DNA of 61,984 bases, filler included. It is 5 parts of 5 records of this genome, joined end to end, with 100 filler letters (N's around TTAATTAATTAA, not from the genome) between each part and the next. Parts side by side here need not be neighbours in the genome. Positions count along the whole stretch, not along the records: positions 10,481 to 29,193 come from DRR723986_8789; 4 more parts are not named here. The stretch is one strand, 5' to 3'. Each line of letters starts with the position of its first letter. Within the stretch, counting starts at the first letter, position 1. A model generated the notes under the pieces. The model worked only from the letters and a program-made list of their open reading frames with translations, was not told the origin of the DNA and searched no databases. Made by a program: the position numbers and the translations under genes. This document shows positions 10,702-20,602 of this stretch, in pieces.

Positions 10702-10948
10702 TCCAGACGTCGCGAACTTTTGAAGGTCCTGCCACGTTTCGGCTGGAACCCCGTTTGTAAATCGACAATCGACCGGTCAGACATGGTGTTTGGCCGGTCT
10801 TTTTGCGTCTGCCGTCAAGTCATTCCGCCCAGATCTCTCGGCTCGCCGAAACAAAAATTCGGCAAATCAGAACTTTGTCGCCTGTCATGCGTTTCCTCTC
10901 CGAAAACATGGTCGTTACACGCTACGAAAGCCTATTTCGGAAAACGGA

Positions 10949-11629
10949 ATGCTCAACAGACGTTTGTTCCTCGCCTCCGCTGCTGCCGCTCTTGTGACCG
11001 GTTGCGCATCCAGCCAAAGAACCGGACAACTTGCAGGACCTGGCTACCCAGCCGATGGTCTGGGAAGAGCTGTGCGCATCTCGCCCGAGTACCTTCAGAT
11101 GTACCGGGCAATGCCGGAAGAGCCCTACCCTATACCGGCAGTGGATCTGTCGAAGATCGATCCGGTCTACTACCGCCAACTGGTCACCTATGCCGCTCCC
11201 GAACCTGCGGGCACGATCATCGTCGATACGCCCAACCGGTTTCTCTACTTGACCATGGAGGGCGGCCAGGCAATGCGGTATGGCGTCGGGATCGGCCGGG
11301 AAGGATTCGCCTGGGGTGGCCGTGCACGCATCGCACGCAAGGCAGCCTGGCCCAAGTGGACGCCGCCGGCTGAAATGATCGACCGTCAGCCGGAACTGGA
11401 GAAATACAGGAACGGCATGCCGCCGGGTCTCGACAACCCGCTGGGTGCGCGAGCACTTTATATTTTTGAAGGCAATCGCGACACGCTCTACCGCCTGCAC
11501 GGCACGTCGGAAACCTTGTCCATTGGCAAGGCCGTGTCGTCCGGCTGCGTGCGCCTGCTCCAACAGGACATTATCGATCTTTATAACCGTGTGCCAAACG
11601 GCACGCCGATTGTCGTGCGGCAGGCGTAA
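10949..11629 (+). CDS. L,D-transpeptidase (ErfK/YkuD family) with Tat/lipoprotein signal
   Basis: MLNRRLFL...LVTGC signal from ATG 10949; NPLGARALY and RLHGT...SSGCVRL catalytic motif. Confidence 0.92.
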   Translation: MLNRRLFLASAAAALVTGCASSQRTGQLAGPGYPADGLGRAVRISPEYLQMYRAMPEEPYPIPAVDLSKIDPVYYRQLVTYAAPEPAGTIIVDTPNRFLYLTMEGGQAMRYGVGIGREGFAWGGRARIARKAAWPKWTPPAEMIDRQPELEKYRNGMPPGLDNPLGARALYIFEGNRDTLYRLHGTSETLSIGKAVSSGCVRLLQQDIIDLYNRVPNGTPIVVRQA

Positions 11630-11644
11630 CAGCTGCCGATCAAT

Positions 11645-11676
11645 TTGGCTTGACTTGGCTTGGTTTGGCTTGACTT
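11645..11676. repeat. Short imperfect tandem repeat (TTGGCTTGAC-like, about 3 copies) between convergent genes
   Basis: ttggcttgac ttggcttggt ttggcttgac tt. Confidence 0.6.
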
Positions 11677-11679
11677 CGC

Positions 11680-12384
11680 TCAGGCGATGATTTCGACCGG
11701 CTTGACTGCATCTATGCCGTCCAGCCGGACATCGCAGCCGATTGCAAAGGCTTCCACTCCGGCACGTCTGGCCTCGGCAAAGGCGGCTGCATAGGCAGGG
11801 TCGATGTCGTCCGCAAGGCTCATCCGGCTGCAATCGGGCCGCTGGACCAGAAACACCATTGCCGCGCGGTGACCCTCGGCCACCATGTCGCCAAGTTCCA
11901 CAAGATGCTTGGCCCCGCGGGCAGTGACACTGTCCGGAAATTCAGCAAGTCCTGCTTTACGCATCAGGTGGACGTTCTTCACTTCCACGTAGGTCTTCGC
12001 GCCGTCTGCACCTTCCAGCAGAATGTCGATACGTGAGTTCTTGCCGTATTTCACTTCACGGCGCAGCGTCTGGTAGCCTGTAAGTCCGGCAATACGCCCT
12101 GCCTCCAGCGCTTCTTCCACCAGCTTGTTGGGGTGTGCCGTGTTGATGCCGACCAGAGCCCCGTCCGTCTCGATCACTTCCCAGGAATACTTGAGCTTGC
12201 GTTTCGGGTTGTCCGACGCAGACAGCCAGACACGAGATCCCGGCTCCTTCAAGCCGAGCATCGAGCCCGGGTTGGCGCAATGGGCCGTGATCGCACCGCC
12301 ATTGTCGTCCAGAAGAACATCGGCAAGGAAACGCTTGTAGCGCTTGACCAGACGGCCACTGACAAGGGGCGCGGAAAACTTCAT
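11680..12384 (-). CDS. sfsA: SfsA family nuclease
   Basis: KRYKRFLAD, HCANPGSM, SRIDILL, YVEVKNV and FPDSVTARGAKHL motifs. Confidence 0.95.
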   Translation of the reverse strand: MKFSAPLVSGRLVKRYKRFLADVLLDDNGGAITAHCANPGSMLGLKEPGSRVWLSASDNPKRKLKYSWEVIETDGALVGINTAHPNKLVEEALEAGRIAGLTGYQTLRREVKYGKNSRIDILLEGADGAKTYVEVKNVHLMRKAGLAEFPDSVTARGAKHLVELGDMVAEGHRAAMVFLVQRPDCSRMSLADDIDPAYAAAFAEARRAGVEAFAIGCDVRLDGIDAVKPVEIIA

Positions 12385-12446
12385 GGCAGATCTCTCTCGT
12401 GCAGATCAGGGCCGGACGGCCCCGTTCGTTCAGGTGAGCTTAAAGG

Positions 12447-13892
12447 TCACTTTGACCAGAAATCCGGATCAAGAAGAACCAGGATTGTGAACAGCTCAAG
12501 GCGGCCGACCAGCATGGCAAAGGACAACAGCCACTTGGCGCCATCCGGCAGCGGAGCAAAATGCCCTGCCGGGCCGATGACCGGCCCCAGGCCAGGACCG
12601 ACGTTGCCCACGGATGTTGCCGCGGCGGAGATGGCGGTAACCAGATCCAGATCGAAGAAGGACAAGGCAACGGTGATGATGCCCACCGACCCCATGTAGA
12701 CAACAAGGAAGGCCAGAACCGAGAAGGACAGTTCAGGCGTCAGTCTTGTTCCGCCGTACTCTTCCGACATGATCCGGTGCGGCCGCACCATGCGGCGCAG
12801 ATGCGCGCGGACGGTACCGAAGAAGACCAGGAAGCGGAAAATCTTGATGCCGCCGGTCGTTGAACCGGTACACCCGCCAACGAACATCAGCAGCAACGCG
12901 ATCCCGACGACCGGCGCGCCCCATTGCGAATAGTCGCCCAGCGCATAACCGGTTCCTGTCACGATGGAAACCACGTTGAAGGTGGCCCTCAACAGCGCTT
13001 CATCGAAAGGAAAGTGCATGTTGAGGCCGAGATAGACGGTCAGCGTCAAAGCCACGACAGCCAGAAACCCCAGCAACGCCCTCACCTGCGGATCTCGCCA
13101 GAGCTGCAGCGGATGACCGCGCAAGGCCTGGACGATCAGCACGAACGGCAAGGCACCGATGATCATGAAAACGATCGCAACCCAACCCGAGGCCGGATTG
13201 GTGAAATAGCCGAAGGATTGATCATGAGTGGAAAAACCGCCCGTCGCGATCGTGGTCAGGGCGTGATTGAAGGCATCGAACAGCTCAATCCCCGTGACCA
13301 GATAGGCGACGATGCACAGAAATGTCAGGAACAGGTAGGCAAGGCCGATCAGCCGGATCAGTTCAACCGACCGGCTGACAATCTTCTCGGACCGGTCGGA
13401 GTTCTCGCTCTGGAAAAGCTGCATACCGCCGATCCTCAGAAACGGCAGCAGCACGATGGCCATAACGATGATACCGACACCGCCCATCCACTGCATCAGC
13501 GACCGCCAGACCAAGAGGCCCGGCGGCAGACTGTCGATGCCGGTCAGAACGGTGGATCCCGTGGTGGTGAAACCGGATACCGCCTCGAACACCGCATCCG
13601 CGTAACCGATGCCAAGCCACAAGAACGGCAGCGCGCCGAAGGCCGGCAACGTCGTCCAGGCAAGCGTCGTGAGAACGAAGGTCTGCCGTGTGTCCAGTCC
13701 CTCGCGCAGCGATCCGCCGACGGCAAGAGACAACAGCATGCCGATCATGCCGGTCAGAAGTGCGGAAAAGACAAAGGCCTGCCAGTCGGCATTTTTCTGG
13801 GCAACGTCCACGATAGCGGGAATGAGCATGGCAGTTGCCAGGCCGACATACAGAAATCCGAGAACATTCAAAACTGGTCTGAGAGAAATCAA
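12447..13892 (-). CDS. trkH: TrkH family potassium uptake membrane protein
   Basis: FEAVSGFTTTG, TIATGGFS, GGCTGSTTGGIK, NVGPG and GRLE motifs; TTG start. Confidence 0.95.
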   Translation of the reverse strand: MISLRPVLNVLGFLYVGLATAMLIPAIVDVAQKNADWQAFVFSALLTGMIGMLLSLAVGGSLREGLDTRQTFVLTTLAWTTLPAFGALPFLWLGIGYADAVFEAVSGFTTTGSTVLTGIDSLPPGLLVWRSLMQWMGGVGIIVMAIVLLPFLRIGGMQLFQSENSDRSEKIVSRSVELIRLIGLAYLFLTFLCIVAYLVTGIELFDAFNHALTTIATGGFSTHDQSFGYFTNPASGWVAIVFMIIGALPFVLIVQALRGHPLQLWRDPQVRALLGFLAVVALTLTVYLGLNMHFPFDEALLRATFNVVSIVTGTGYALGDYSQWGAPVVGIALLLMFVGGCTGSTTGGIKIFRFLVFFGTVRAHLRRMVRPHRIMSEEYGGTRLTPELSFSVLAFLVVYMGSVGIITVALSFFDLDLVTAISAAATSVGNVGPGLGPVIGPAGHFAPLPDGAKWLLSFAMLVGRLELFTILVLLDPDFWSK

Positions 13893-14318
13893 GTATCAGT
13901 CTTCCCGAAAAACGCTGTGTCGGTCGGCCGATCCGCGAATTGCCGCACCAACCACTCGTCCTAACGCCTTTCTGCCGATTTTCCAATGGCTTTGGCGCGC
14001 GTTCCCCGGAAGATGACGGGGATGACCATCCGGGTCTCGGTCAACAAAAGGCATGTCTCACACCGCCAATGGAGCTTGTCCTTCCAATTCTGGAACCGCC
14101 TGGCGAAGTTGATTGGCGTCTGTGCACAGGCACGTTACGCAGGAACAGCGCGGGAAACTGCCAATTTTTTTAGCCCTGTTCAGGATTTCGTAGCGAATAA
14201 GAATTACTTTTACGTGCTAATTTCCAATCCAGCTTCCTATACGTGAAATTGACAAGGATTTGGTGCAATAGAACGGCTCGGACTACATTCGCTTGTATTC
14301 AGGATCAGCCTCACCCTG

Positions 14319-16466
14319 GTGGTGATGGTGCTTTGCAGCATCGGGCTGGTCTCAGGGCTTGCCTATCTCGATTTGTCCAGAAGCACTCAGGAAAATGCCA
14401 CCATCAGGCTGGACCGGGCCGCACGTGCCGCTGCTTCAATGCTGCATTACGGCACGAATGAAAGCTTCAATCCGGTTTTCGCTGATAGTGGTGAGCCGAT
14501 CGTCATTCGCGTTTCCGAAGCTTCTGCCAAACAATTGCTCCAGCCGAGCGAAAAGCTGGACGGCTTGATCGAAACCATAGGCAAGACCAATCAGGGCGCG
14601 GCGAATTTGTTCAGCTGGTCGAGCGAGACCAGATCCTTCGACCGCTTCGCCACAACCTTCAGCCACCCCAAGGGTGAGCGTCCGCCGGCTTTTTCCATCA
14701 GTGAAGGACACCCCGCATTTGCCAGTCTTTCTGCAGGCCAGCCATATGCGGGCAATGTTCCGGTTCAGGGCAGGTTCCGCCTCGCCTATCTGACGCCGAT
14801 TGTCACCGATGGCGGTAAGCTTGTCGGTGCAATCGCAGTTGATGTCGGCTGGGCAGACGACCTGACATTGGCAGAAAACCGACTGAAGACACGCATGGCC
14901 TCTGCAGCCATTGTCATCCTGTTTGCTGTCATCCTTGTGGGGGGATTGTTCCTGCGTTTCGAATTGCGGCCATTGCGCCGCCTGGCAAAGACAGCGGATG
15001 AACTGGCCACCGGCACCCAGCCAAAACGCATTCCCTTCACGGACCGGCGGGACGAGATCGGTGATCTGGCGCATGGTCTGGAGAGGGTCACCGACCTGCA
15101 GGACAAACTTCACAAGCTTGCCTATACGGACCCCGTAACAACCGCAGGCAACCGTGCCAGATACTTCTCGGATCTGAGCGAAGCCTTGCAACGGGCAAGG
15201 TCCGGCACCTATTCGGCCTCACTGATCCATCTGGATTTCAATGGCTTTGCCAAGGTGAACGACACTTTCGGCCAGCAGGCAGGTAACCGGGTCCTGTTAC
15301 AGGCCTACGCACGACTTGCAAATATCTTCGGTCCGAGCGCGCAGATTGCTCGAATTTCGGCAGACGATTTCTGCATTCTCCTGCCCTTTGACAGCAAGGG
15401 CGCGATTGCAGAAGACTACGCGGTGCAGGCAATCGACATGCTGTCCGTCCCCTTCCAGCTGGAAGAAGGCGAAATCCGTGTAGAACCAAGCATCGGCATA
15501 GCCCTTTTGCCGCAAGATGCAGAGGACGCGGAAACGGCTCACCGTATGGCAGGACTTGCCTTGCGGGCAGCAAAGCGGAACGCAGGCGCACGATACGAAT
15601 TCTTCTCTCCGCCCCTGAACGACCGCGTCCAGAGTGAAATGCTCACGGAGACGCTGCTGCGGGCCGCACTTCAGACCCGCCAGCTTGTCTTGCATTATCA
15701 GCCCCAGGTTTGCCCTGCCGACGGCCGTCTCATTGGCCTGGAAGCCCTGCTCCGTTGGCCACACGAAAAACGTGGCCTCATCCCGCCGGGAGAGTTCATT
15801 CCGATTGCGGAAAAGACCGGCCTTATCCTGGACCTTGGCCAATACGTGCTGGAATCGGCGTGCAAGCAGGCCGCAGAGTGGCTGCAGGCCGGTTTCGAAT
15901 TCGGCCAGGTTTCCATCAACGTATCACCGCTTCAATTCCGCCAGTCCAATTTTGCCGACACGGTTCGCCAGACCCTGAACGACTATGGCCTGCCTGCAAG
16001 CTACCTGTGTCTTGAAGTGACGGAAAACGTCTTTGTCGACACCAGGGAACAGCTTGTTCTGAACATCCTTTCAGAACTTCAGCAGATTGGCGTCCAGCTC
16101 TCCCTGGACGATTTCGGCTCGGGTTACTCTTCCCTGAATTATCTGCACCGGCTGCCATTCCAGGAGCTGAAAATCGACCGTGCCTTCATTTCCGGGGCGG
16201 ATACGCACCCGCAACGCGAACAGCTGTTTGAGGCGATCGTTCGGCTTGGACGCAGCCTGGGTTTGCGTGTGATAGCGGAAGGTGCCGAGACTGCAGGAGA
16301 ATTCGCGCTGACAGTGACCCATCACTGCGACGGCCTTCAGGGTTATTATTGCTCCCCGGCCGTACCGGCAAACCTCATTCAATCGCAACTGCAGAGCTTC
16401 AGGGCGACCTTGAAAGCTTCCGGCATCATGAACGACTCCGACCAGTCCTCCAAGAAACGAGCCTGA
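14319..16466 (+). CDS. Membrane sensor (Cache-like)-HAMP-GGDEF(degenerate)-EAL protein, probable c-di-GMP phosphodiesterase
   Basis: Two TM helices, RRDEIGDLA HAMP, SADDF in place of GGDEF, intact EALLRW/DDFGSGYSS/QGYY. Start may lie at about 14268. Confidence 0.88.
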   Translation: MVMVLCSIGLVSGLAYLDLSRSTQENATIRLDRAARAAASMLHYGTNESFNPVFADSGEPIVIRVSEASAKQLLQPSEKLDGLIETIGKTNQGAANLFSWSSETRSFDRFATTFSHPKGERPPAFSISEGHPAFASLSAGQPYAGNVPVQGRFRLAYLTPIVTDGGKLVGAIAVDVGWADDLTLAENRLKTRMASAAIVILFAVILVGGLFLRFELRPLRRLAKTADELATGTQPKRIPFTDRRDEIGDLAHGLERVTDLQDKLHKLAYTDPVTTAGNRARYFSDLSEALQRARSGTYSASLIHLDFNGFAKVNDTFGQQAGNRVLLQAYARLANIFGPSAQIARISADDFCILLPFDSKGAIAEDYAVQAIDMLSVPFQLEEGEIRVEPSIGIALLPQDAEDAETAHRMAGLALRAAKRNAGARYEFFSPPLNDRVQSEMLTETLLRAALQTRQLVLHYQPQVCPADGRLIGLEALLRWPHEKRGLIPPGEFIPIAEKTGLILDLGQYVLESACKQAAEWLQAGFEFGQVSINVSPLQFRQSNFADTVRQTLNDYGLPASYLCLEVTENVFVDTREQLVLNILSELQQIGVQLSLDDFGSGYSSLNYLHRLPFQELKIDRAFISGADTHPQREQLFEAIVRLGRSLGLRVIAEGAETAGEFALTVTHHCDGLQGYYCSPAVPANLIQSQLQSFRATLKASGIMNDSDQSSKKRA

Positions 16467-16481
16467 TCTTGCCCGGGTATC

Positions 16482-16958
16482 TTACCCCGAGAGCTTTCCC
16501 GTCATCAGGATGGGTGCCGCATCCAGCTTGTGCGCGTTCATCATTTCGGCAATCTGCTCGATAGAAGAAACGAGGTGCGTCCTGTCCTCGGCATTCAGAT
16601 CATCGAACTTTCGCACGAACTCTTCATGCAGAAGGCCAGGCAGGTTTGAGGCAACCTCTTTTCCACTTTTCGTCAGCTTGGCATGGACGATTCGCCGGTC
16701 CGAGACGGATCTGTACCGCTCGACAAGACCCTTTTCTTCCAGCTTGTCGAGAATGGTTACCACGGTCGCCGAGCTCAGGTCAGCGTTGTCCGAAAGGGCC
16801 TTGGTCGTCACCTCACCCAGATCCCGAATCCCTTGCAAAACAACGATTTGCGGGATTGTGAGCCCGGTCAGTCTGGACACTTCTCTGGAGCGCAAGTCAA
16901 TGGCCCGGACGATCTTCCGGATAGCCTTGACCACTTGCGATGCCTGCATCGCCTGCAT
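16482..16958 (-). CDS. MarR family regulator, EctR/CosR-like
   Basis: C-terminal part of ORF 16482..18002: AIRKIVRAIDLRSR...GLTIPQ...LSSATVVTILDKLE...RSVSDRR; start MQAMQ at 16958. Confidence 0.88.
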   Translation of the reverse strand: MQAMQASQVVKAIRKIVRAIDLRSREVSRLTGLTIPQIVVLQGIRDLGEVTTKALSDNADLSSATVVTILDKLEEKGLVERYRSVSDRRIVHAKLTKSGKEVASNLPGLLHEEFVRKFDDLNAEDRTHLVSSIEQIAEMMNAHKLDAAPILMTGKLSG

Positions 16959-16959
16959 T

Positions 16960-17004
16960 ATTACACCTCTATTAATTTGAACTCTAATGATTAGACCTCT
17001 ATAT
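16960..17004. promoter_or_regulatory. Three tandem ATTAGA-NN-TCTAAT-like pseudo-palindromes at 15-bp period, probable MarR operators
   Basis: ATTACA-CC-TCTATT (16960), ATTTGA-AC-TCTAAT (16975), ATTAGA-CC-TCTATA (16990). Confidence 0.72.
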
Positions 17005-17042
17005 AGTGCACGTCCAGTTACAAAACGGAGATTTTTTTCAAT

Positions 17043-18818
17043 ATGTGCGGCATTTGCGGCGAAGTAGTTTTCAATGGCAGTCAGGCAGATGTTGTCCGGG
17101 TCAGCCGGATGGCGGACGCCATGGCGGCGCGCGGCCCCGACGGTATGGGTGTAACGCAGCGCGGCCGGGTCGCCTTTGGCCACAGGCGCCTGAAGATTAT
17201 TGACCTGAGCGAACGTGGTACGCAGCCAATGACCGACATGGCGCTTGGCCTGTCCCTGGTCTTCAACGGCTGCATCTACAATTATCAGGAGCTGCGATCC
17301 GAGCTGATTGGCCGCGGCTATTCGTTCTTCTCCACCAGCGACACCGAGGTTATCCTCAAGGCCTGGGCCGAGTGGGGCAAGGATTGCTTTTCCAGGTTCC
17401 ACGGCATGTTCGCCATCGCCATTCACGAGCATGACAGCGGCCGCATTCACCTTGCCCGCGACAGGTTCGGCATCAAGCCGCTTTACCTGAGCGAAGCGAA
17501 CGGGCGTCTTGCCTTCGCCTCCTCCCTGCCTGCACTTCTGGCAGGCGGTGGCATCGACAAGTCGATCGACCGGGTGGCGCTGCATCACTACATGAGCTGG
17601 CACGCTGTCGTTCCCGCGCCGCGCACAATCCTGAACGGCGTGCGCAAGCTGCCCGCGGCCACGGTGCGGACGCTTGAAGCTGATGGCACCTCTTCCGAGT
17701 ACACCTATTGGGAACCGCGTTTTGAAAAGACGGCGGAAGATCTTGCCCGCAGCGCCGACGACTGGCGCGATGAAGTCCTGGAGAGCCTGCGCACAGCCGT
17801 TCGCCGCCGAATGGTGGCCGACGTGCCTGTCGGCGTTCTCCTGTCCGGTGGCGTCGATTCCAGCCTGATCGTCGGTCTGCTGGCCGAGGAAGGCCAGAAG
17901 GGTCTTGCAACCTTCTCCATCGGCTTTGAAGAAGCACATGGCGAAAAGGGCGACGAATTCCAGTATTCGGACCTGATTGCCGAACACTACGGAACAAATC
18001 ACCAGCAGATCTTCATCTCCTCCTCCGAGCTTCAGGAAAACCTGCCCGGAGCGATCAAGGCGATGTCCGAGCCGATGGTCTCCTATGACAATATCGGCTT
18101 CTATCTGCTGTCACGTGAGGTTTCCAAGCACATCACCGTGGTCCAGTCCGGCCAGGGTGCCGACGAAGTCTTTGCCGGTTACCACTGGTATCCGAAGCTC
18201 AGCGGCTCAAACAGTCCGGTTTCCGATTATGCCACGGCCTTCTTCGACCGGACCGAAGCACAGATGACAGAGGCTGTTTCTCCCGCCTACCACTGTGCCA
18301 GGGATGAAAGCCTTGCCTTCGTCGAAGAGCATTTCGCCCGCTCCGGCGCTGCCGATCCGGTCGACAAGGCCCTGCGGCTCGATACCAACGTCATGTTGGT
18401 GGATGACCCGGTCAAGCGTGTCGACAACCACTCCATGGCCTGGGGCCTTGAGGCGCGCGTTCCGTTCCTCGATCACGAACTGGTCGAGCTCGCCGGACGC
18501 ATTCCTGCCGAGTTCAAGCTCGCACAGGAAGGCAAGGGCGTCCTGAAGGAAGCTGCGCGCAAGGTCATTCCAAGTGCCGTCATCGACCGTCCGAAGGGCT
18601 ATTTCCCGGTGCCTGCGCTGAAATACATCCAAGGTGACTACCTCGACATGGTGCGCGACACGCTTTCCAGTCAGGCCGCCAGGGAACGAGGCCTCTTCAA
18701 CGAGGTTTACCTGCAGAAACTGTATGCCGACCCGACCAAATACATCACGCCTTTGCGTGGTTCCGAGCTTTGGCAGGTCGCGCTTCTGGAAATGTGGCTG
18801 CAGGCACAGGAGGTCTGA
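17043..18818 (+). CDS. asnO: N-acetylglutaminylglutamine amidotransferase (AsnB-like, NAGGN synthesis)
   Basis: MCGICG N-terminal nucleophile, HRRLKIID, LSGGVDSS, SGQGADE and LVDDPVKRVDN; directly upstream of ngg. Confidence 0.93.
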   Translation: MCGICGEVVFNGSQADVVRVSRMADAMAARGPDGMGVTQRGRVAFGHRRLKIIDLSERGTQPMTDMALGLSLVFNGCIYNYQELRSELIGRGYSFFSTSDTEVILKAWAEWGKDCFSRFHGMFAIAIHEHDSGRIHLARDRFGIKPLYLSEANGRLAFASSLPALLAGGGIDKSIDRVALHHYMSWHAVVPAPRTILNGVRKLPAATVRTLEADGTSSEYTYWEPRFEKTAEDLARSADDWRDEVLESLRTAVRRRMVADVPVGVLLSGGVDSSLIVGLLAEEGQKGLATFSIGFEEAHGEKGDEFQYSDLIAEHYGTNHQQIFISSSELQENLPGAIKAMSEPMVSYDNIGFYLLSREVSKHITVVQSGQGADEVFAGYHWYPKLSGSNSPVSDYATAFFDRTEAQMTEAVSPAYHCARDESLAFVEEHFARSGAADPVDKALRLDTNVMLVDDPVKRVDNHSMAWGLEARVPFLDHELVELAGRIPAEFKLAQEGKGVLKEAARKVIPSAVIDRPKGYFPVPALKYIQGDYLDMVRDTLSSQAARERGLFNEVYLQKLYADPTKYITPLRGSELWQVALLEMWLQAQEV

Positions 18819-18820
18819 AC

Positions 18821-20602
18821 ATGGCCGAGAATGAACCTTCGCGACCGAAAGGTGCGTTTGACCACCGCTTGAAGCGAATGCGCCAGCATGGGCTCAAACC
18901 GGAATACCGGCTGGACGAGACGGAAGCCCAGAAGAACCGGTTCATCGATTGCGGCTGGGGACGGCTGGTGTTTGCCAACACCTATGGCGAAACCGAGAAA
19001 CTGGTCGAGGTCCTGCGCAACGAGCGACCGGACAGACGCGACATCGCGTTCTATGTGCGTGATCCACATGTACTGGTCGGCTCGGCCCCGCAGGAGCTGT
19101 TCCTTGACCCCTCGCACACATTCCGCCTGGATCTCGCGACCTACCGGCCGGCGCGCAATCGTCGCAAGGGCTTTACGGTACGGCGCTTGTCTTCCCGCAG
19201 TGATGCGGAGGCGATCAACGAACTCTATCTCACCCGCGGCATGGTGCCGGTGCCGCCGGAGTTCTTCTGGTCGCAACTCGATCCGCGCACCATTACGGTA
19301 CTCGTGGCGGAAGAAGACGAGACCGGGGTCATCGTCGGCACGGCAATGGGCGTCGACCACAGCCGGGCCACCAATGATGCCGATCTCGGCAGTTCGCTCT
19401 GGTGCCTTGCGGTTTCCCCGCAGGCCCGGTTTCCGGGCATAGGGGAAGCCCTGGTCCGGCGCATGGCGGAGGTCTTCAAGGGCAAGGGCGCACCGCATAT
19501 GGACCTGTCGGTGCTTCACGACAACGAACTTGCCATTGGCCTTTACGACAAACTCGGCTTCGAGCGGGTTCCCTATTTCACCATCAAGCGCAAGAACACC
19601 ATCAACGAGGCCCTGTTCGCCGGCCCTGCCGTTGAAGACAAGCTCAACCCTTACGCCACCATTGTCGTGAACGAGGCACGGCGGCGCGGTATCCAGGCGG
19701 AGATCATCGACGCGGAAGGCGGCTTCTTCCGCCTGTCCTATGGTGGCCGCTCGGTCGCCTGCCGGGAATCCTTGAGCGAATTCACCAGCGCCGTCGCCAT
19801 GTCCATCTGCGACGACAAGGCCACCACGCGCCGGATCGTCGAAAGGGCCGGTGTAAACGTGCCTGACCAGATCCTGGCAGGATCCGCTGATGAGGTCGCC
19901 GCGTTTCTGGACCAGCACGGTTCGGTTGTGGTCAAGCCTGCGCGCGGTGAACAGGGCAAGGGCATCGCCATCGGACTGACAACGACCGAAGACGTCATGG
20001 CTGCGGTGGAAGTTGCCCGTACCTACTCCAACGATGTTCTGGTGGAGGAATTCGTGACCGGTCAGGATCTGCGGCTTGTAGTGATCGACTACAAGGTAGT
20101 GGCGACCGCCCTGCGCAAACCGGCCGAGGTCACCGGAAACGGCAAGGCCACGGTTGGAGAACTGATCGAAATACAGTCCCGCCGCCGGTCTGCGGCAACA
20201 GGCGGGGAATCCAGGATCGAAGTGGATGACGAGGTTCTGCGCTGCCTCACAGCCAATGGCTTTCAGCTGGAAGATATCCTGCCCGAAGGCAAGACCTTGC
20301 CGGTCCGCCGTACGGCCAACCTTCATACAGGCGGCACCATTCATGATGTGACTGGTGAAACCCATCACACTCTGATCGAAGCCGCGATCAAGGCAGCGCG
20401 CGCAATTGAAATTCCGGTGACAGGCATTGACTTGATGGTCAAAGACCCGCGACAACCGGAGTACCGCTTTATCGAGGCGAACGAGCGGCCGGGGCTCGCC
20501 AACCACGAACCTCAGCCAACCGCAGAGCGCTTCGTGGACTTCCTGTTTCCCCTGTCGGTGCCTCAACCCGTCAGGACGACCTTGAACCGGGCCGGAACAT
20601 GA
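18821..20602 (+). CDS. ngg: N-acetylglutaminylglutamine synthetase (GNAT + ATP-grasp)
   Basis: IDCGWGRLVF, DPSHTFRL, GNAT core SLWCLAV...GIGEALV, ATP-grasp VVKPARGEQG and IEANERPGLANHEPQPTAERF. Confidence 0.93.
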   Translation: MAENEPSRPKGAFDHRLKRMRQHGLKPEYRLDETEAQKNRFIDCGWGRLVFANTYGETEKLVEVLRNERPDRRDIAFYVRDPHVLVGSAPQELFLDPSHTFRLDLATYRPARNRRKGFTVRRLSSRSDAEAINELYLTRGMVPVPPEFFWSQLDPRTITVLVAEEDETGVIVGTAMGVDHSRATNDADLGSSLWCLAVSPQARFPGIGEALVRRMAEVFKGKGAPHMDLSVLHDNELAIGLYDKLGFERVPYFTIKRKNTINEALFAGPAVEDKLNPYATIVVNEARRRGIQAEIIDAEGGFFRLSYGGRSVACRESLSEFTSAVAMSICDDKATTRRIVERAGVNVPDQILAGSADEVAAFLDQHGSVVVKPARGEQGKGIAIGLTTTEDVMAAVEVARTYSNDVLVEEFVTGQDLRLVVIDYKVVATALRKPAEVTGNGKATVGELIEIQSRRRSAATGGESRIEVDDEVLRCLTANGFQLEDILPEGKTLPVRRTANLHTGGTIHDVTGETHHTLIEAAIKAARAIEIPVTGIDLMVKDPRQPEYRFIEANERPGLANHEPQPTAERFVDFLFPLSVPQPVRTTLNRAGT

